The notes under the pieces were generated by a model, which worked only from the letters and a program-made list of their open reading frames with translations, had not been told where the DNA came from and did no database searches. The translations under genes and the position numbers were made by a program. A stretch of 64,000 nucleotides of DNA from Eledone cirrhosa (lineage: Eukaryota): positions 256,680,001 to 256,744,000 of the forward strand of contig OZ024743.1 of NCBI GenBank assembly GCA_964016885.1, given 5' to 3'. Positions 11,891 to 25,353 of this stretch are shown piece by piece. Every line of letters begins with the position of its first letter. Position 1 is the stretch's first letter.

Positions 11891-12844
11891 TGTCAATTTG
11901 TAGCTTTTTCGAAGAATTGCTTACTGTAAAAAATATATGCTGTCCTTTTTTCAAAGAGCTGTTTGAAAAATTATAATTCCAAAATTTAAATAAGAGAAAA
12001 TAATTGATCGTAAAATAATGCAAGTAAAGTTATCATTTTTTTAAAAATTATTTAATAAACAAATATAAAGTTGAGGATAATCAGCATGATACTCTTCAAA
12101 AATTCTAGAATTTGGCTTTTAAACATATTAAACAAATGCGAAAGCTAAAACTCATTTTTTTCTGTAAATTATCTTATTTGAAACCATGTCAAAACGTCAG
12201 GAACCTTTTACCTCTCTCTCGCTCTCTCTTATTCTTTCCCCCTGTCTCGTTGTTTATATCTCTTTTCTCACTCTCCCCTTCTCTTTTTTCTCTTAATCTA
12301 TCTTATTCTCTTTCACTCATCAGTTTATCCCTCTCACTTTCTTTGATTTCGTTTCTCTCTTTCTTTCAACACACAACCATAACACCACTCACACACAGCC
12401 ACACTCACACATACAAAAAACCACGCGCACACACAGCCAGGTCACTGTCATAACGCTACACTCACACAACCACATGCACATACAACCACACATAGTCCAC
12501 CACCCACACACACTTTACGTAATATCCAAAGCAAGATATGTTTTTTTCTCTGGTTCTTTCGTTGGTCTCGGAAGGAAGATTGACATGTGAAAGATTCTCT
12601 ACTGGTCACAAGTGGGTTACTGGCAGGTCACTGGCAATAAACAATAACTCCTACTATAGAATATGGGAGGTAGGTAGAAGAAAAAGAAGATAACCTCAAA
12701 AAGCGATGGGTAGTGTGGTAGTGGTGACCATCTTTGTTCTAGCAACACATGTTATTATTTGCTTTATTTCTTTCTTTCCTTCATTTGGACATCGTAGTTT
12801 ATAACACTATTTCTATTTGTAGTTATAAATTTACGATTATTACT

Positions 12845-13455
12845 ATTAACGATAGTATCGGTAGAGCGTTGGACAACATGATTTGTGGCATATAGTTATG
12901 TTCTGAGTTCAAATCCCACTAAGGTTAAATTTACCTATCATTCTTACGGGGTCGATAAAATAAAGCACCAGTAATGCACTGCGGTCGATTAAATTTAATT
13001 TCCCCTCCCCAAATTGCTGGCTTTGTGCCAATAGTAGAAATCATTATTATTACTGGATTGGCAGTATCGGTAGAGGGTCGGACGCCATGCTTTGTAGCAC
13101 AGTTACGTTCCTTTACGGACTGAGTTCAAATCCCGTCGAGGTTAACTTTGCCTTTTATCCTTACGGGATCGATAAAATAAAGTACCAGTAATGTACTGGG
13201 TAATTGCTGGCCTTGTGCCAAAAGTAGAAACAATTATTATTACTATTAATGGTAGTATTGGTAGAGCGTTGGACAATATGCTTTGTGACAAACATATACG
13301 TTCTGAATTCAAATACCACCGAGGTTAGCTTTGCCTTTCACCATTAGGGGGCTCGATAAAATAAAATACCAGTAACGCATTGGAGTCGATTTAATCAACT
13401 TTACCCTCCCTCAAAATTATTGGTATTGTGCTTCATTCAGAAACAGTTATTATTA
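12845..13455 (+). mobile_element. Three tandem SINEs separated by (ATT)n tails
   Basis: Units at ~12845-13050, ~13053-13245 and ~13248-13455, each with head, GAGTTCAAATCCC-like B box, Nin core and ATTATT tail. Confidence 0.9.
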
Positions 13456-14149
13456 TCATGGTTAGTGGAATGGGTAAAATGGAACGTATGGGTAAGACAC
13501 AGTCGTCTGACCCTCCTGTCTTGCCCCAGAGCATGGCAACCCATCTACCCCATGGAAGCGTGGAAAATAGATACAAACTGGTGATGATGGTAATCATCAA
13601 ATCTTGTGTTAATTATTGTTTTATAATAACGTTGAACTTATTTCATATTTATCAAATTAATATCCCAGTTGTGTAATGTCCTTACACCTACACTCATTTT
13701 TATATAAAATCCTTACCCCTATACTCGTTTTATATGACTTCCTCCATACCTACATTTATTGTCACTGAGACTTTATTGGTGAGTTGTGATGTCTCAAGTG
13801 CCGAATTGTATATGGAGAGGAGAAACTACTGGTCTTCCATGAAAATGCCATTACTGGGCTGGTGCCTCAGATGGGAACTTTCTAGGTACAAACCCATGGC
13901 CAATCATGACCAAAGTTGTGGCAGGCACGATATATATTTACAATGTTTGTAAGCAATCTTCATTTCTAAATTTATTACTTGACTGTTTCGATTTCTGCAA
14001 CGAAAGGAAAGTAACTGGAGAAATAGACTAACATGTCTGAGATTCAGATGCTATTATATGGCAGCAATAGCAATTCTTTCTTGTTTTAGTTAAATTTCCA
14101 TAACCAGCTAATGTAAGAATAACAATTTGGTGAAGACTAAATAATATTT

Positions 14150-14600
14150 TCAAAACTGTTATTTGTCTGGTAACTGACTTGATCTGAGTTTATACTTGTT
14201 TGGCAAATGACTTGATCATAACTGTATTAGATTGAAACTAATATGATTATATTGAGGAAGACTCTTTTGTAGCCACAGTTATGCATGTCTGTCAAATGTC
14301 TTCATCTAAGACTGTGTGTCAAAACTAAAACATCTACTTTGTAGAAGAGTCATTTTAGTCACAATTGCACATATCTGGCAAGAGACTTGAGACTGTATGT
14401 TGAAACTAAAACACTTAGATCGTGGAAGAGTAATTTTAGCCATAGATAATTGTCTGGTTAATTAATTCATTTGAGACCATGTGTTGAAATGAATACAATT
14501 ACGTTGTGAAAGAATCATTCTAGCTACAGGTGTACATGTCTGGCAAGTGACTTCATGTGAAATCATGTGTTGTGTAATTAATATAATTACATTGTGGGTC
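14150..14600. repeat. Diverged ~85 bp tandem repeat, about 5 units
   Basis: ttgaaact/tcaaaact recurs at ~14232, 14319, 14400, 14484 and 14570, with conserved gtggaagag..ttttagcc and tgtctgg..tgactt motifs. Confidence 0.75.
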
Positions 14601-14904
14601 AGATATTTTAACTATTCAAAAGGAAAATAAAAATAGGTTAGATGACCTCAGCCAGGTGTTAAGTAGCCCAATGAAACAGATAATCTAGCATGGGTCAGGA
14701 CACAAGGGTGCTGGAAAATGATATCTGTATATATATATATATATATCTGTATATATATGTGTGTGTGTGTGTGTGTGTGAGGGGGAGAGACAGAGAGAGA
14801 GGGAGAGAGAGAGATTTTGGCTTTGCTTCATTAACAAGTCTGATAAGCAGATCGGGTTGGAGTCGGGTCTATAGCATTTATACCTCTCTCTCTCTCTCTC
14901 TCTA

Positions 14905-15650
14905 CAAGAGATGTAGTGGGATAGCAGGCAAACTAACAGGTAAGGAAAACTATGTATGCAGTAGATGTACAGGGAAAGTTGGCAGTAGTAATCGCAGTGA
15001 TAGACACATTTTTCCAATGCAGGTGTGTTCTATAGAAGTGGTTGATAGCTTCCAGTACCTAGGTGATCAGATTAGCATGGGGGGGGGGGGTCCGAGGCCA
15101 TAGTATCTAGAATAAGGACAGGTTGGAAGAAGTTTAGGGAGCTGATTCCTCTGTTGACAAAGAAGTGTTTTTCCCTGCGTACGAAAGGACGGTTATATGA
15201 TGCCTGTGTGAGATGCGCGATGCAGCATGGTAGTGAGACATGGGCAGCAACTGCAAAAGATATGCGATGGCTGGAGAGAAATGAAGCAAGTATGCTCCGT
15301 TGGATATGCAATGTCAATGTGCGTGAACTACCAAGCATAGATGAGTTGAGAAAGAAACTGAGTATAAGAGGGATATGTTGTGGTGTGCAGGAGAAAAGGC
15401 TGAGATGGTATAAACATGTGATGCGTATGGAGGATGACCGCTGGATAAAGAAGTGCCAAGAAATCCCAGTAGAAGGAATATCCAGTAGAGGTAGACCACG
15501 TAAAACATGGGCGGAGGTGGTGAGAGCAGACCTCAAATCGCTGAAACTCACCGAGGAGATGACGAAGGACCGTGACAACTGGAGAGATGCTGAATAGGAC
15601 CCGTCCAACCCTTGCAAGCAGGGAAAAGCGGACGTAAAATGATGATGATA
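14905..15650 (+). mobile_element. RTE-clade LINE 3' fragment
   Basis: EVVDSFQYLGD..; ORF 15154-15597 KGRLYDACVRCAMQHGSETW..RLRWYKHVMRM..GRPRKTW; (GAT)n tail. Confidence 0.92.
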
Positions 15651-17309
15651 ATATATATATATATATATAAATTTATATATATATATAGAGAGAGAGAAAT
15701 AGAATTGCTAAGAGAAAATGAAATTATTTTCTTTTGCCATAAAGAATAGCATAGAAAGCTGTTGAAGACCAGCATGTTTGTGTGTCACAGAATACTGAAC
15801 AGAAATAAATAAATTACTACTACTACTACTACTACTACTAATAATAATAATAATAATAATATTAATAATGATGATGAATAAGTAAATAAATAAATAAATA
15901 AATAATAAATAAGTTTTATTTTCCATCATAGCATCCTACTTTGGCAACTTTAAGCGTTTGGTAATAATTTTTTTCTTTCTACAAAAGTAAAACTTACACA
16001 TCAATGCAGTGGAGTTTTATTTCTATTTTATCAACCATTGCTGAGAATAATATGGTGGTTTAATCTTTTCCTCTTTGCTGTGAAGAAGATGTTTGTTGTT
16101 GTTCTTATTCTTATTATTATGTGTGTGTGCGTTTGTGCATGTGTGCATGTGTCATCAGCTATTTGTTTGACATAGCCAATATATTTCTTATACTATCTCG
16201 TTTTTCTTCTCTCCAACAATCACACAAGAAAAATTAACATAGTCACATACCATTAGTCATGGACTCACTAAGTAAAATATCAAGTAGTATTTATGTTTAA
16301 AAACATTTTTCTTTACTCTTTTTTCTAAAACACCTCACTAAAATAAAATGGATAGACCAGAAAGAAGGAAACTGAAACACACACACACACACATATATAT
16401 ATATATTCTACCTGACATTATGAGAGTCCTTACTGCAACAAACTTCACACCGTTTTCCTTGTTCTTCAAAAATTCTTAATGGTAAATAATGTTGCTTACT
16501 ATGAACACATAATAGAACTTTTTAATTCATATCCAAATCTTCATATGTTGTGTTAAATATTTCTCAAAAGTAAACTACTTTCTACTAAGCTATGTATTTT
16601 TGTGTGTATATATATATATATAATTTTGAAAACCATACAATGCATTGGAAAATTAAAAGTACCAACATAACAAAAGAACCTTACCTTAGCAAATTTAATA
16701 ATCCTAATCTATGTAATTACATGCTGTGGGTATCTGCAAAGTATATGACAGACACCACCAAAACATATATATATAGTTTAAAAAATGAAGGTGAAAATGC
16801 ACAGAACTTTATTTAAAGATTATTTTTTTCCTTTAAACCAACAGAATGAATAATTTTATAAATATAATCAGTTTTGATTGGTATAACAATTTATCAAAAA
16901 TTAGACATTAAATATTAAATATATTTTAAAATATATTCTTATGTATTCTGTGAGCAGGTGGGATATTTGTGAGTTTTCTGTCAAAATTTCTTGTTATATA
17001 TATGTTTTTTATGAAGGTGTAATGGTGAAGATAGATGTGCATTTCAACAGGTAAAGATTTCAATTGAATTCACTTGGTTAAAATAGAAAATTTTCTTAAC
17101 ATTCATACTAATGGGCCAGCAGGCATTTGTAATGTGTGTCTGTGTATGTGTGTGTGAGGGGGATGTTAAGGTGGGGTTCAATTGTGTAGAAAGGTCAGTT
17201 TGTCACATGTGTGTGTGTTTACTCCTTGTATAAAGGATTTGCAGAAGAAAAGAAAGAGAAAAGAAAAGAAAAGAAAAGAAAGAAGAGATATTAATAATAA
17301 TAATAATTA

Positions 17310-18050
17310 TCAATTTCAAAACTGAGACTTATTGGCAAGTTGAAACTGAATGGACAAAATAAGATGGAAGCTATCAATACATGGGCAGTATCACTCTTTA
17401 GATATTTGGTGGGTGTGATCACATGGATAGATTATATGTACCTAGAAAAAGGGGAGGAAGAGGACTGATGGTGTGTGAAGACAGCATTAGAACAGAAGAT
17501 AATCTGGCATGGTACATAAAAAATTCCACAGAACCACTGTTGATGGCAGTAAGAAGGTCAGGGCTGTGCAAAATAGAAGATTGTAAAGAAACAACGCAGT
17601 AGAAGCATTTGAAGATGGGTGAATCTGAAAATTGATGGACAGAAAAAAGTATGTATGGACATTTCCATAGTAATGTTGAAGATAGGACAGACAGAAAAAA
17701 AAGGTGGTTATGGATGGCTGAAAGTGATCTAATATGGGAAACAGAAGCCTTAATCTGTGCTGCTCAAGAACAAGCACTAAGAACTAACTGCATCAAACAT
17801 AGAATAGACCACACAGCAGAAAGTGATAAGTGTAGAATTTGTGGCATGCATGGAGAAACTGTATGGCTTATTCCCAGTCAATGCACACCACTAGCTCAGA
17901 AAGAATATGTCACGACAACATAGCAAGGATAGTCCATAATAATAATAATAATAATACTAATAGTATCTGAGGCTGCAGGTAGCGGCTTGATATTCATTTG
18001 AACAAACTTTCCAGTTAAATAACATCAATGACTGAGACTCAAAGAATAAC
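17310..18050 (+). mobile_element. R4/Dong-clade LINE fragments between (TAA)n tracts
   Basis: KLNGQNKMEAINTWAVS, YVPRKRG.., ETEALICAAQEQALRTN..CRICGMHGETV..SQC (CCHC region). 3' UTR at 17962-18050. Confidence 0.88.
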
Positions 18051-18059
18051 AATAATAAT

Positions 18060-19350
18060 AATAATATTAATGATAATATATAAAATAAAAAATCTAAAAG
18101 AATAATGGCAATAAAAACAAATATAGAAGATGAGGAAAGAGGAGAGAGAGATTGAGAGGAATGAAGGAAGAAAAGAAAGGGAGAAAGGGAAGGAAAACAG
18201 GATTTTAGTAGAGGCTTCCTTGGAGTTATGGTTTTTCCTTTTATCTTGTAATGTGTGTGGGTCTTGTTTGATTGCAGATGTTTTCAAATAGGTAGGTGTG
18301 AATTGGTAATTCCCATCCATAAATCACTATTTATTGTCTAATTACATATTTAATTGAGGTTTGTATTTGTTAATAAATTGTTTTAATTTCATTTATTCTC
18401 TGTTGTTGAGTGATCATTTGTAGAGTGGGAAAATTTTGAAGTTAGGTATGTCTAATCCTGCATAATCCCCATCAGATGTGGCTGCTTAAGGGGATTTGTC
18501 TCATGTTTTCATTGTGGATGTTTTGGTGGTATCTGTCATATATAACTTTGCAGATACCCACAGTATGTAACCACATAGATTAGGATTTTTGAGTTGCAGG
18601 TGAAATTTCCTTTTATTCTGAAGATTTGTCCATCCTTAAATTTGAATTATCGTCCTTCAATTATGTATAAGCAGGTACCACAATTTGTTCTTCCACATTT
18701 TGTAACAGTGAGGTTGGAGATTTGTTTGTGTTTTAGTGAATTGGACTGTCTTTTACTCTTGATGGTTTTCTGTATTCCTAGAATTCTTTTCATTTTTTCA
18801 TCTTCATATAAAATAGGAAGGTTTTGATATTTTGGTGGTTGGAAGTTGATACATATGGTACTACATTTTCAATGAGTTTGATTTTTGTTGCCCTAAGCTC
18901 TTGGATGTCTATATGTTTAGCCCATTCTATTCTGATGGTGATTACGCACAGTGGGAATGATCTTTGAGTGAGTATATTTTTTAGTTCATCAAGTCTTTGC
19001 TCACATTTGATCTGGTCCGATACTATTGTGCAAATCCTTTTAGCTAAGTTCAAAGGAATGTTCAGTTTTGTGTGTTTCAGGTGACTTGATGCTAGTAACT
19101 AATTGGAGTGAGTAGATTTATCAAATATGTCTGTTTCTATTCTTCTGTTTGCTTTTAAAATGTTGATGTCTAAAAAGGCTAGCACCTTGGTATTAGATGC
19201 CATTGTGAATTGGATGTTTCTGTTAAGTGTAATAATCATATTTTTAAATTCTGTGAGTGTATCAAGGTTTTCCTGTCATAAGATAAAGCAATGATTCACG
19301 TACCTTTTCCAATTGGTTTTTTAGTTGCTTGTGAAATGAGTCTCTAAATA
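18060..19350 (-). mobile_element. Decayed Penelope-like element (RT C-terminal part, linker, GIY-YIG)
   Basis: NLAKRICTIVSDQIKCEQRLDELKNILTQRSFP; upstream LAFLDINI and HLKHTKLNIP; downstream CGRTNCGTC and FTCNSKN.. GIY-YIG remnant. Confidence 0.85.
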
Positions 19351-19379
19351 GCAATAGAGATTGGCTGTAAATCTATGTT

Positions 19380-20170
19380 CATTGTAATCTCCTCTCCTGT
19401 AACACTGCATCTGACCCCTCTTATGCCTAGTTTCTCTTTCACTTTATTGATGATTTGTCCTTCATGCACACTGCTATTGAACATCCATTGAATCATGCAA
19501 ACTTCATTTCTTTCCAGTTTTCATAGGTCCTCTGTGCATAATGCCCAGGTCACACTTCCATACAACATTGCTGATCATACACAAGCTTCATACAGTCTGC
19601 CCTTCATTTTGACGAAAACAAGCATTTTATAGCTAGGAGTGATAGTAGCTCCCTGAATGCTTTTCACCCCCTTCTCACTTTGGCTAAATTACTTTCAGAA
19701 CACTCACCTCCACTGCTAATTTGAACTCCTATCAACTACTTTGAAAGAGCCCTCTGGGCATTTAAAGAAGCTAGTATCCTGAGAGCTCTTTTTACTTTCT
19801 GCTTTGGTGCAATGATCACATACAAAACCTGCATTGTTTGTTAGCCTGCCTGAGATTCCACTACACTTCTTGTGTAACAATAGTTTGCATTTAGGATATG
19901 AAATGGAGTTTTTACATACTCATTTCATGCACATTGAGCATGGCCATTTCCTGGGCCATATTTCTTTTTTACATAGTATGACTTTCATCTTTGTGGAGTT
20001 GACATTAAGACCATTTGATTCCAGCCCATGCTTCTAGGTTTGAAATTTCTTCCCAAATGTTGCCATAGATTTAGCTGTGAGGGTTAAATCATCTGCATAT
20101 AGAAGTTCCCATGGGCAGCTCGTCTTAAACTCTTCTGTAATAACCTGCAGGGCCTTAATAAACAGGAGTT
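19380..20170 (-). mobile_element. RTE-clade LINE RT fragment
   Basis: Reverse strand reads ITEEFKTSCPWELLYADDLTL, GKWPCSMC and KMKGRLYEACV. Same family as 35.2-37.8 kb. Confidence 0.88.
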
Positions 20171-20199
20171 ATATGTGTGTGTGCGCATGTATATATATA

Positions 20200-21625
20200 T
20201 ATATATATAAGTTAAAACAGAAAACAAAAACAATAACGAAGAATGAAGTATAAGGTGTTAGTATTAGGTTCACGCTTGAGAGTGGGGGTCAGTGGGACGA
20301 CGACATTTCGAGCATAAACCCATCATCAGGATAAAAGTGGGAAGGAAAAGAGTTCCGAGGGTGTGAGGAGGAGTGGTGTAAAGACATTAAAAGAGGGGGA
20401 ATTAAAGGGAAGGAAAACAATTATTAAAAAGAGGGTAAAAAAACTAAAATGAAACAAGTGGCGTAGGGTATGAGGCGTGCGGGGGAGGGGAGAGAGGGAG
20501 ATTGGGGTGCGAGCGAGGAGGGTAGGAGGTGGTGTGTGTGTATATGTGTAGGTGTACGTGTGTGTGTATGTGTGGATGCGAGTATGAGTGTTTGGGGAAG
20601 AACAAGGTTCCATGTTCGGGTAATGGTAAAAACAGTGTGTACATGGGGTGGGGTGTAAGTCAGTGTTTGTGCGTGTGGATGGAGAGGGGTAGAGGAGTAG
20701 GGAGAGGGGGCGTGCGGAGTCCGAGTATGTGTATGTGAGGATACGCACGTGTGTGTGTGTGGTTTTGTGTGGTGTGGATACGTGGGAACGTATGGTTGCT
20801 TGTGTGCGAAAATAGTCTATGTGTTTGTTTCTGTGTGTGTTCCTGAATGTTTTCCCGCGGAGTGTAGGAAGAGATGGTAAAAAATCCGAGTATAACAGGG
20901 TGGAGGTCTGGAGCGGTGTGACCAGTGGTGTAGAATCCGTAGAATGGTGCGGAGGAAGTACAGAGTTGTGGGGTGCGCGCGCAACAGGAAGTGGTCAAGA
21001 GGGTCAAGGCAGAGCAAAGGATACGGGAGATAGTAGATAGCAGTAGGAGGGTGACAGACAGGTAGTGGTAGGGAGGATGACAGACGGACGAGTGTTAGCG
21101 ATGATCTGTATGTGTGTGTGGAAAGTGTGTATGTGAGTGCGGAGATACGGTGGACAGGGGAGGGTATGTGTATGTGTGAAAGGTTGAGGGAGAGGGTGGG
21201 GTTTGTATGTATATTAGTGGTGGGGGTTGAATACGGGTGTCTGAGTGGGGGTTAGTGGTGGTAGTGTGGGTATGGAGTGATAACGATGGCGACGGAGATG
21301 CCCAAGAAGTGGACGAGTGTGGTGGAGATAGAGGTGTTGAAGTGGAGGGAGGGGTGGAAGGAGCAGAAGAAGGAGAGAAAGGAGTCGAGCTGTTCTCGGG
21401 TGAAGGTCGTGGCTCCGACGCAGTCGTCGATATACCGACCGTGCAGTTAGGGCGAGGGGTATTGGGCAAAGATTTGGGCCTCAACATGGCCAACGAAAAG
21501 GTTGGCGCAGTTGGGGCCCATTCTTATGCCCATGGCAACTCCAGTGACCTGCTGGTAAAACTCACCCGAGAGGTAGAAGCAGTTAAGGGTGCGAACCAGG
21601 AGTGAATGGAGCTTGTGGGCTTTGG
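20200..21625 (-). mobile_element. Decayed Penelope-like element RT with 3' hammerhead-like core
   Basis: LNCFYLSGEFYQQVTGVAMGIRMGPNCANLFVG (motif B') and HGRYIDDC (motif C), then HFLGISV. CTGATGA..CGAAA on the minus strand at 20302-20329. Confidence 0.85.
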
Positions 21626-22438
21626 TGGAGGTGATGAAGGAGAAGAATATATGTGTGTGTGTGTGCATAAATATATATGAGTGTGTATGTGTATATATAT
21701 ATATATATACGTGTGGTATATATATATACGTGTGAGTGTTACAATTAGGGGATGGAACCCATAACCTAACAATTATGAGACACACTGTTACCACAAAGCC
21801 ACATGCCTTCGTAGAAAATATTAATACATGCTTTATTGAAGAAAAGTGAAAACAGATAAAATCGAATCAAATGTTCAATAAAAGGTGAAACAAGCTGATG
21901 AGATACTGTCGATATAACTGTGTATTTGAAACACTGAATACAACAAACTGTTTTTGTGAGGTTCAAGAGAACTGAAAACCCTATGATAAGTTATCGTTGC
22001 TTATCTTACTTTTGAAGCAAATACATTGTTGTTGTTTTTATCTCAAATTAATTTCAAGCTGAATTCAGTAAAGGTCATATTTTGACGCCAAATAACATTT
22101 GATAATGTTTCAGAGAAAAAGAAAAAAACAGTCAAATTTATTGAAGACTAACGTACAGAATATATAACCATTTTGCTGTAAGCTGAGGTTAAAAGATTGA
22201 ATGAATTGCTGATCAATAAACAAATAAATAAAGTTGATTATTGAATGATTCTTTGTTTTCTTTTCCTTTTTGTTTGTCATTCGAAATTAAATATGTGGTA
22301 TTTTGTATATAAATTAGTTACATAGAGATTTACAAAATGTTCACACAAACATCTACTTTGTAAATATCGAGTTAACACTTTACAGTTAAACAAATACAAA
22401 ACTACATTTGAATGCTGAAAATATAAATACGCACACGG

Positions 22439-22485
<47 letters not shown>

Positions 22486-22617
22486 ATATAATTGGAAAGA
22501 GTATTTTAGGAAATTAGTATCAGTGTATATAAATATTATCAAGAATGACAATAAATGCAGGTGAGAGTTGTGGCATAGTTTTACTTCACAGAAGTCAAAT
22601 AAATTGATATAAATGAT

Positions 22618-22964
22618 TGTTACCACATGATGATATTCAGGGGGTCACAACTCCCCAGACTGGAGTGTGTGGTGAAGAACAGAAAATCTTCTCTTGGTAA
22701 GGTTCAAGTGTCTGTTTAGGCTGCCGGTGTTCTTCTTGGGTGTGAAGGAAGTGAAACAGGAGTCATCTCTTGACAAGGTCTCAGGTGTTCTTGTCCCTTC
22801 GACGTTCAGGAGTAGAGTGTCTTTTGCCTTGATTGTCCTCGACTATATAGTCCCCAGGGGGACGCAACTCCGTTTAGTACATGAATCTGCCGCTGGGAGT
22901 CGCGCCCGTCGCAAAGGGACGTAACTCCTATACGTTATGAGTCACAGCCGTAAGGCGCCACTAC
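22618..22964 (-). mobile_element. Possible solo LTR
   Basis: GC-richer ~350 bp block with TG..CA ends and a CTATATAG TATA-like site. No TSD recognised. Confidence 0.3.
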
Positions 22965-23119
22965 AGTATTAACGTTTCAGACGTTAGTTCTTCATCAGAA
23001 AATAGAATGAGAAGGAAAAAGAATAGAAAGATAAACAAAAGTAAGAAAAGGAAGAAGCAGAAAAATCTTTTTCACAGAAAGAAAACATGTATATTTAGTC
23101 AGCCTATATATATATATAT

Positions 23120-23875
23120 ATATCTAGGGTGGGTCAAATTCCCGAGATCCATGGACGAGTTCTATCCAGCGGTCTCTGTCCCTCATTATCGCTGCCATGT
23201 CCTGCATCTCCAACAGTCCAGTGTCTGTCCCGGGGAATCAACTTACGTTAACCTTGGTCTTCCTCTTCCAGTGTGTCCAAGTAGGGGCTCCCACAGGAGC
23301 ACTGAGTGCAATGCCAACTCTGGATGCCGGTGAGCGTGTCCAGCTAATCTCAGTCTCCTCGGTGTCACTTTTGAGCTGACTTTTGGGAGGCTCCCATACA
23401 GCTCTGAGTTTTTCATCCTCAGTGTATACTGATTAATGTTCAGAGCCATCCTCAGCATTCTCGTGTAGCACCCATCCACCATCTGAGTGAGTTTCTTGGT
23501 CAGTGTCCAAGTCTCAGACCTGTACAGCAGCACAGACTCCACTACAGCAATGAAAAGGCGGATTTTCAGGTCTTTACGAAGGTCCGACTTCCACACCGAT
23601 CTCAAGCTGTGGCACGCTGCCCAGGCTTTGCTCTTCCTCTCAACCACATCATCTTCAGTATTCCCAATCTTTGCTCCCAAATACAAGAAGTCCTCAACCA
23701 ATTCTAGCGGCTTCCCGCCTACACTAGAGATCCCCTAAGGAGAGGTGGATGATCATCAATGAGATCACAGGGAGGAAGAGAAGGTGTTCGAGTCAGATCC
23801 AGGGAACAGGGCCTGAGGAAAGGAAGAGGAAATGGCTAGACCATTTTAGGACCCTACTAGGATAGCCGCCCTCCC
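23120..23875 (-). mobile_element. RTE/RTEX-clade LINE with 5' inversion
   Basis: Minus ORF 23243-23701 (VEDFLYLG..ESVLLYRSETWTL..RRLRLAGH). The plus-strand segment 23738-23875 encodes [22 protein letters not shown], the pre-RT linker. CCTATATATAT flanks both sides. Confidence 0.85.
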
Positions 23876-24017
23876 TATATATATGTTTACAAGCCAATAC
23901 AAGAGCAAGAATGATGGGGTCATTCTCCTGACATGGCTTAAAAAAGATGCTGTTTTCATAATTGCAAACGAATCGAATATTATTATTAATATTCGTTCGA
24001 AAAGCTCAGATTACAAT

Positions 24018-24185
<168 letters not shown>

Positions 24186-24959
24186 GGAATGTAGAGAAGT
24201 AACACACGAGTTGACATATATAAACAAATAGGAAAAAATACAGTAAAAAATGCTTGATGGATTTTTTCCGTATAATTTAATCGTGTACCGGTTTCAGCTT
24301 TATATGTTATTTCAACGACGGATGTGTAGTGCAGTTAAATTGCATATTTATGCGAATAATAATAAAATGGAGAAAAAGTTTTTTAGTTTTTACATACATA
24401 TTTAGAGAGGAGAGTTCATATTTTTGTACGTAGTTTTCTTTCGTTCTCTGTATATGTATTTATATATAGTGTTATTGTTGTAATAAAAGGCTAGTATCTG
24501 TGGGAGAATTGTTTGTGAAATGACAATTTAATATCTTCCTCCTAACCTCTCTCTATCTCCCCCCCCCCCACACACACAGTGTTGACAAGATGGTTAGTAG
24601 TCAAAGAACACTTATCTGTAGCTACCTACCTATCTATCTTTGGACAACAACAACAAGAACAAAACAAAGCACAAATCCAAATAGAAGTCCAAAGTAACGA
24701 AGACAAATGGATAAAGAGATAATAGGCAGAACAAATTCATCATTTAGGGGATATATGTTTCATAATGATTAAAGAAAATATCAAAGAAATATATTGTAAT
24801 TGCTTTAAATGAAAGTAAAATGAAATACCACAATGAACATTAGAGAGATAGTTAAGGAAAAAAAAGAATTGAAGCATCTTTACATAAAATGTTGAAATCA
24901 AGGAATTATTAAAATTAATATATTTTACTCTAAACCACACACACACACACATGCATATA

Positions 24960-25215
24960 TCTTCTTCTTCAACCGAGTTTACACTCATAAAGACTCACCA
25001 CGCTCTCTCCAATTGTCCCGGTCGAGCATGACATATCTCAGTTCATCGATATTATCAATGTTGGCATTTCTCAGCATTGATAATGAATGAGACAGCCTGT
25101 CTTCCCACACTTCTTCCTCCGACCGCCGGTTTCCAGACAACAAGTTGTGATTCTATCTTTTCTGGATGACGGATGCAGTGCCCAGCCAGTTTCATTCGTC
25201 TGCAGGCAATTTTTT
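24960..25215 (-). mobile_element. RTEX-like LINE 3' fragment
   Basis: Reverse reads CRRMKLAGHCIRHPEKIESQLVVWKP..GR. Confidence 0.75.
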
Positions 25216-25269
25216 TATTTTAGACTGATGGTAGTGATCTGAATGGAGTATAGAGAACTATACTATACT

Positions 25270-25350
<81 letters not shown>

Positions 25351-25353
<3 letters not shown>

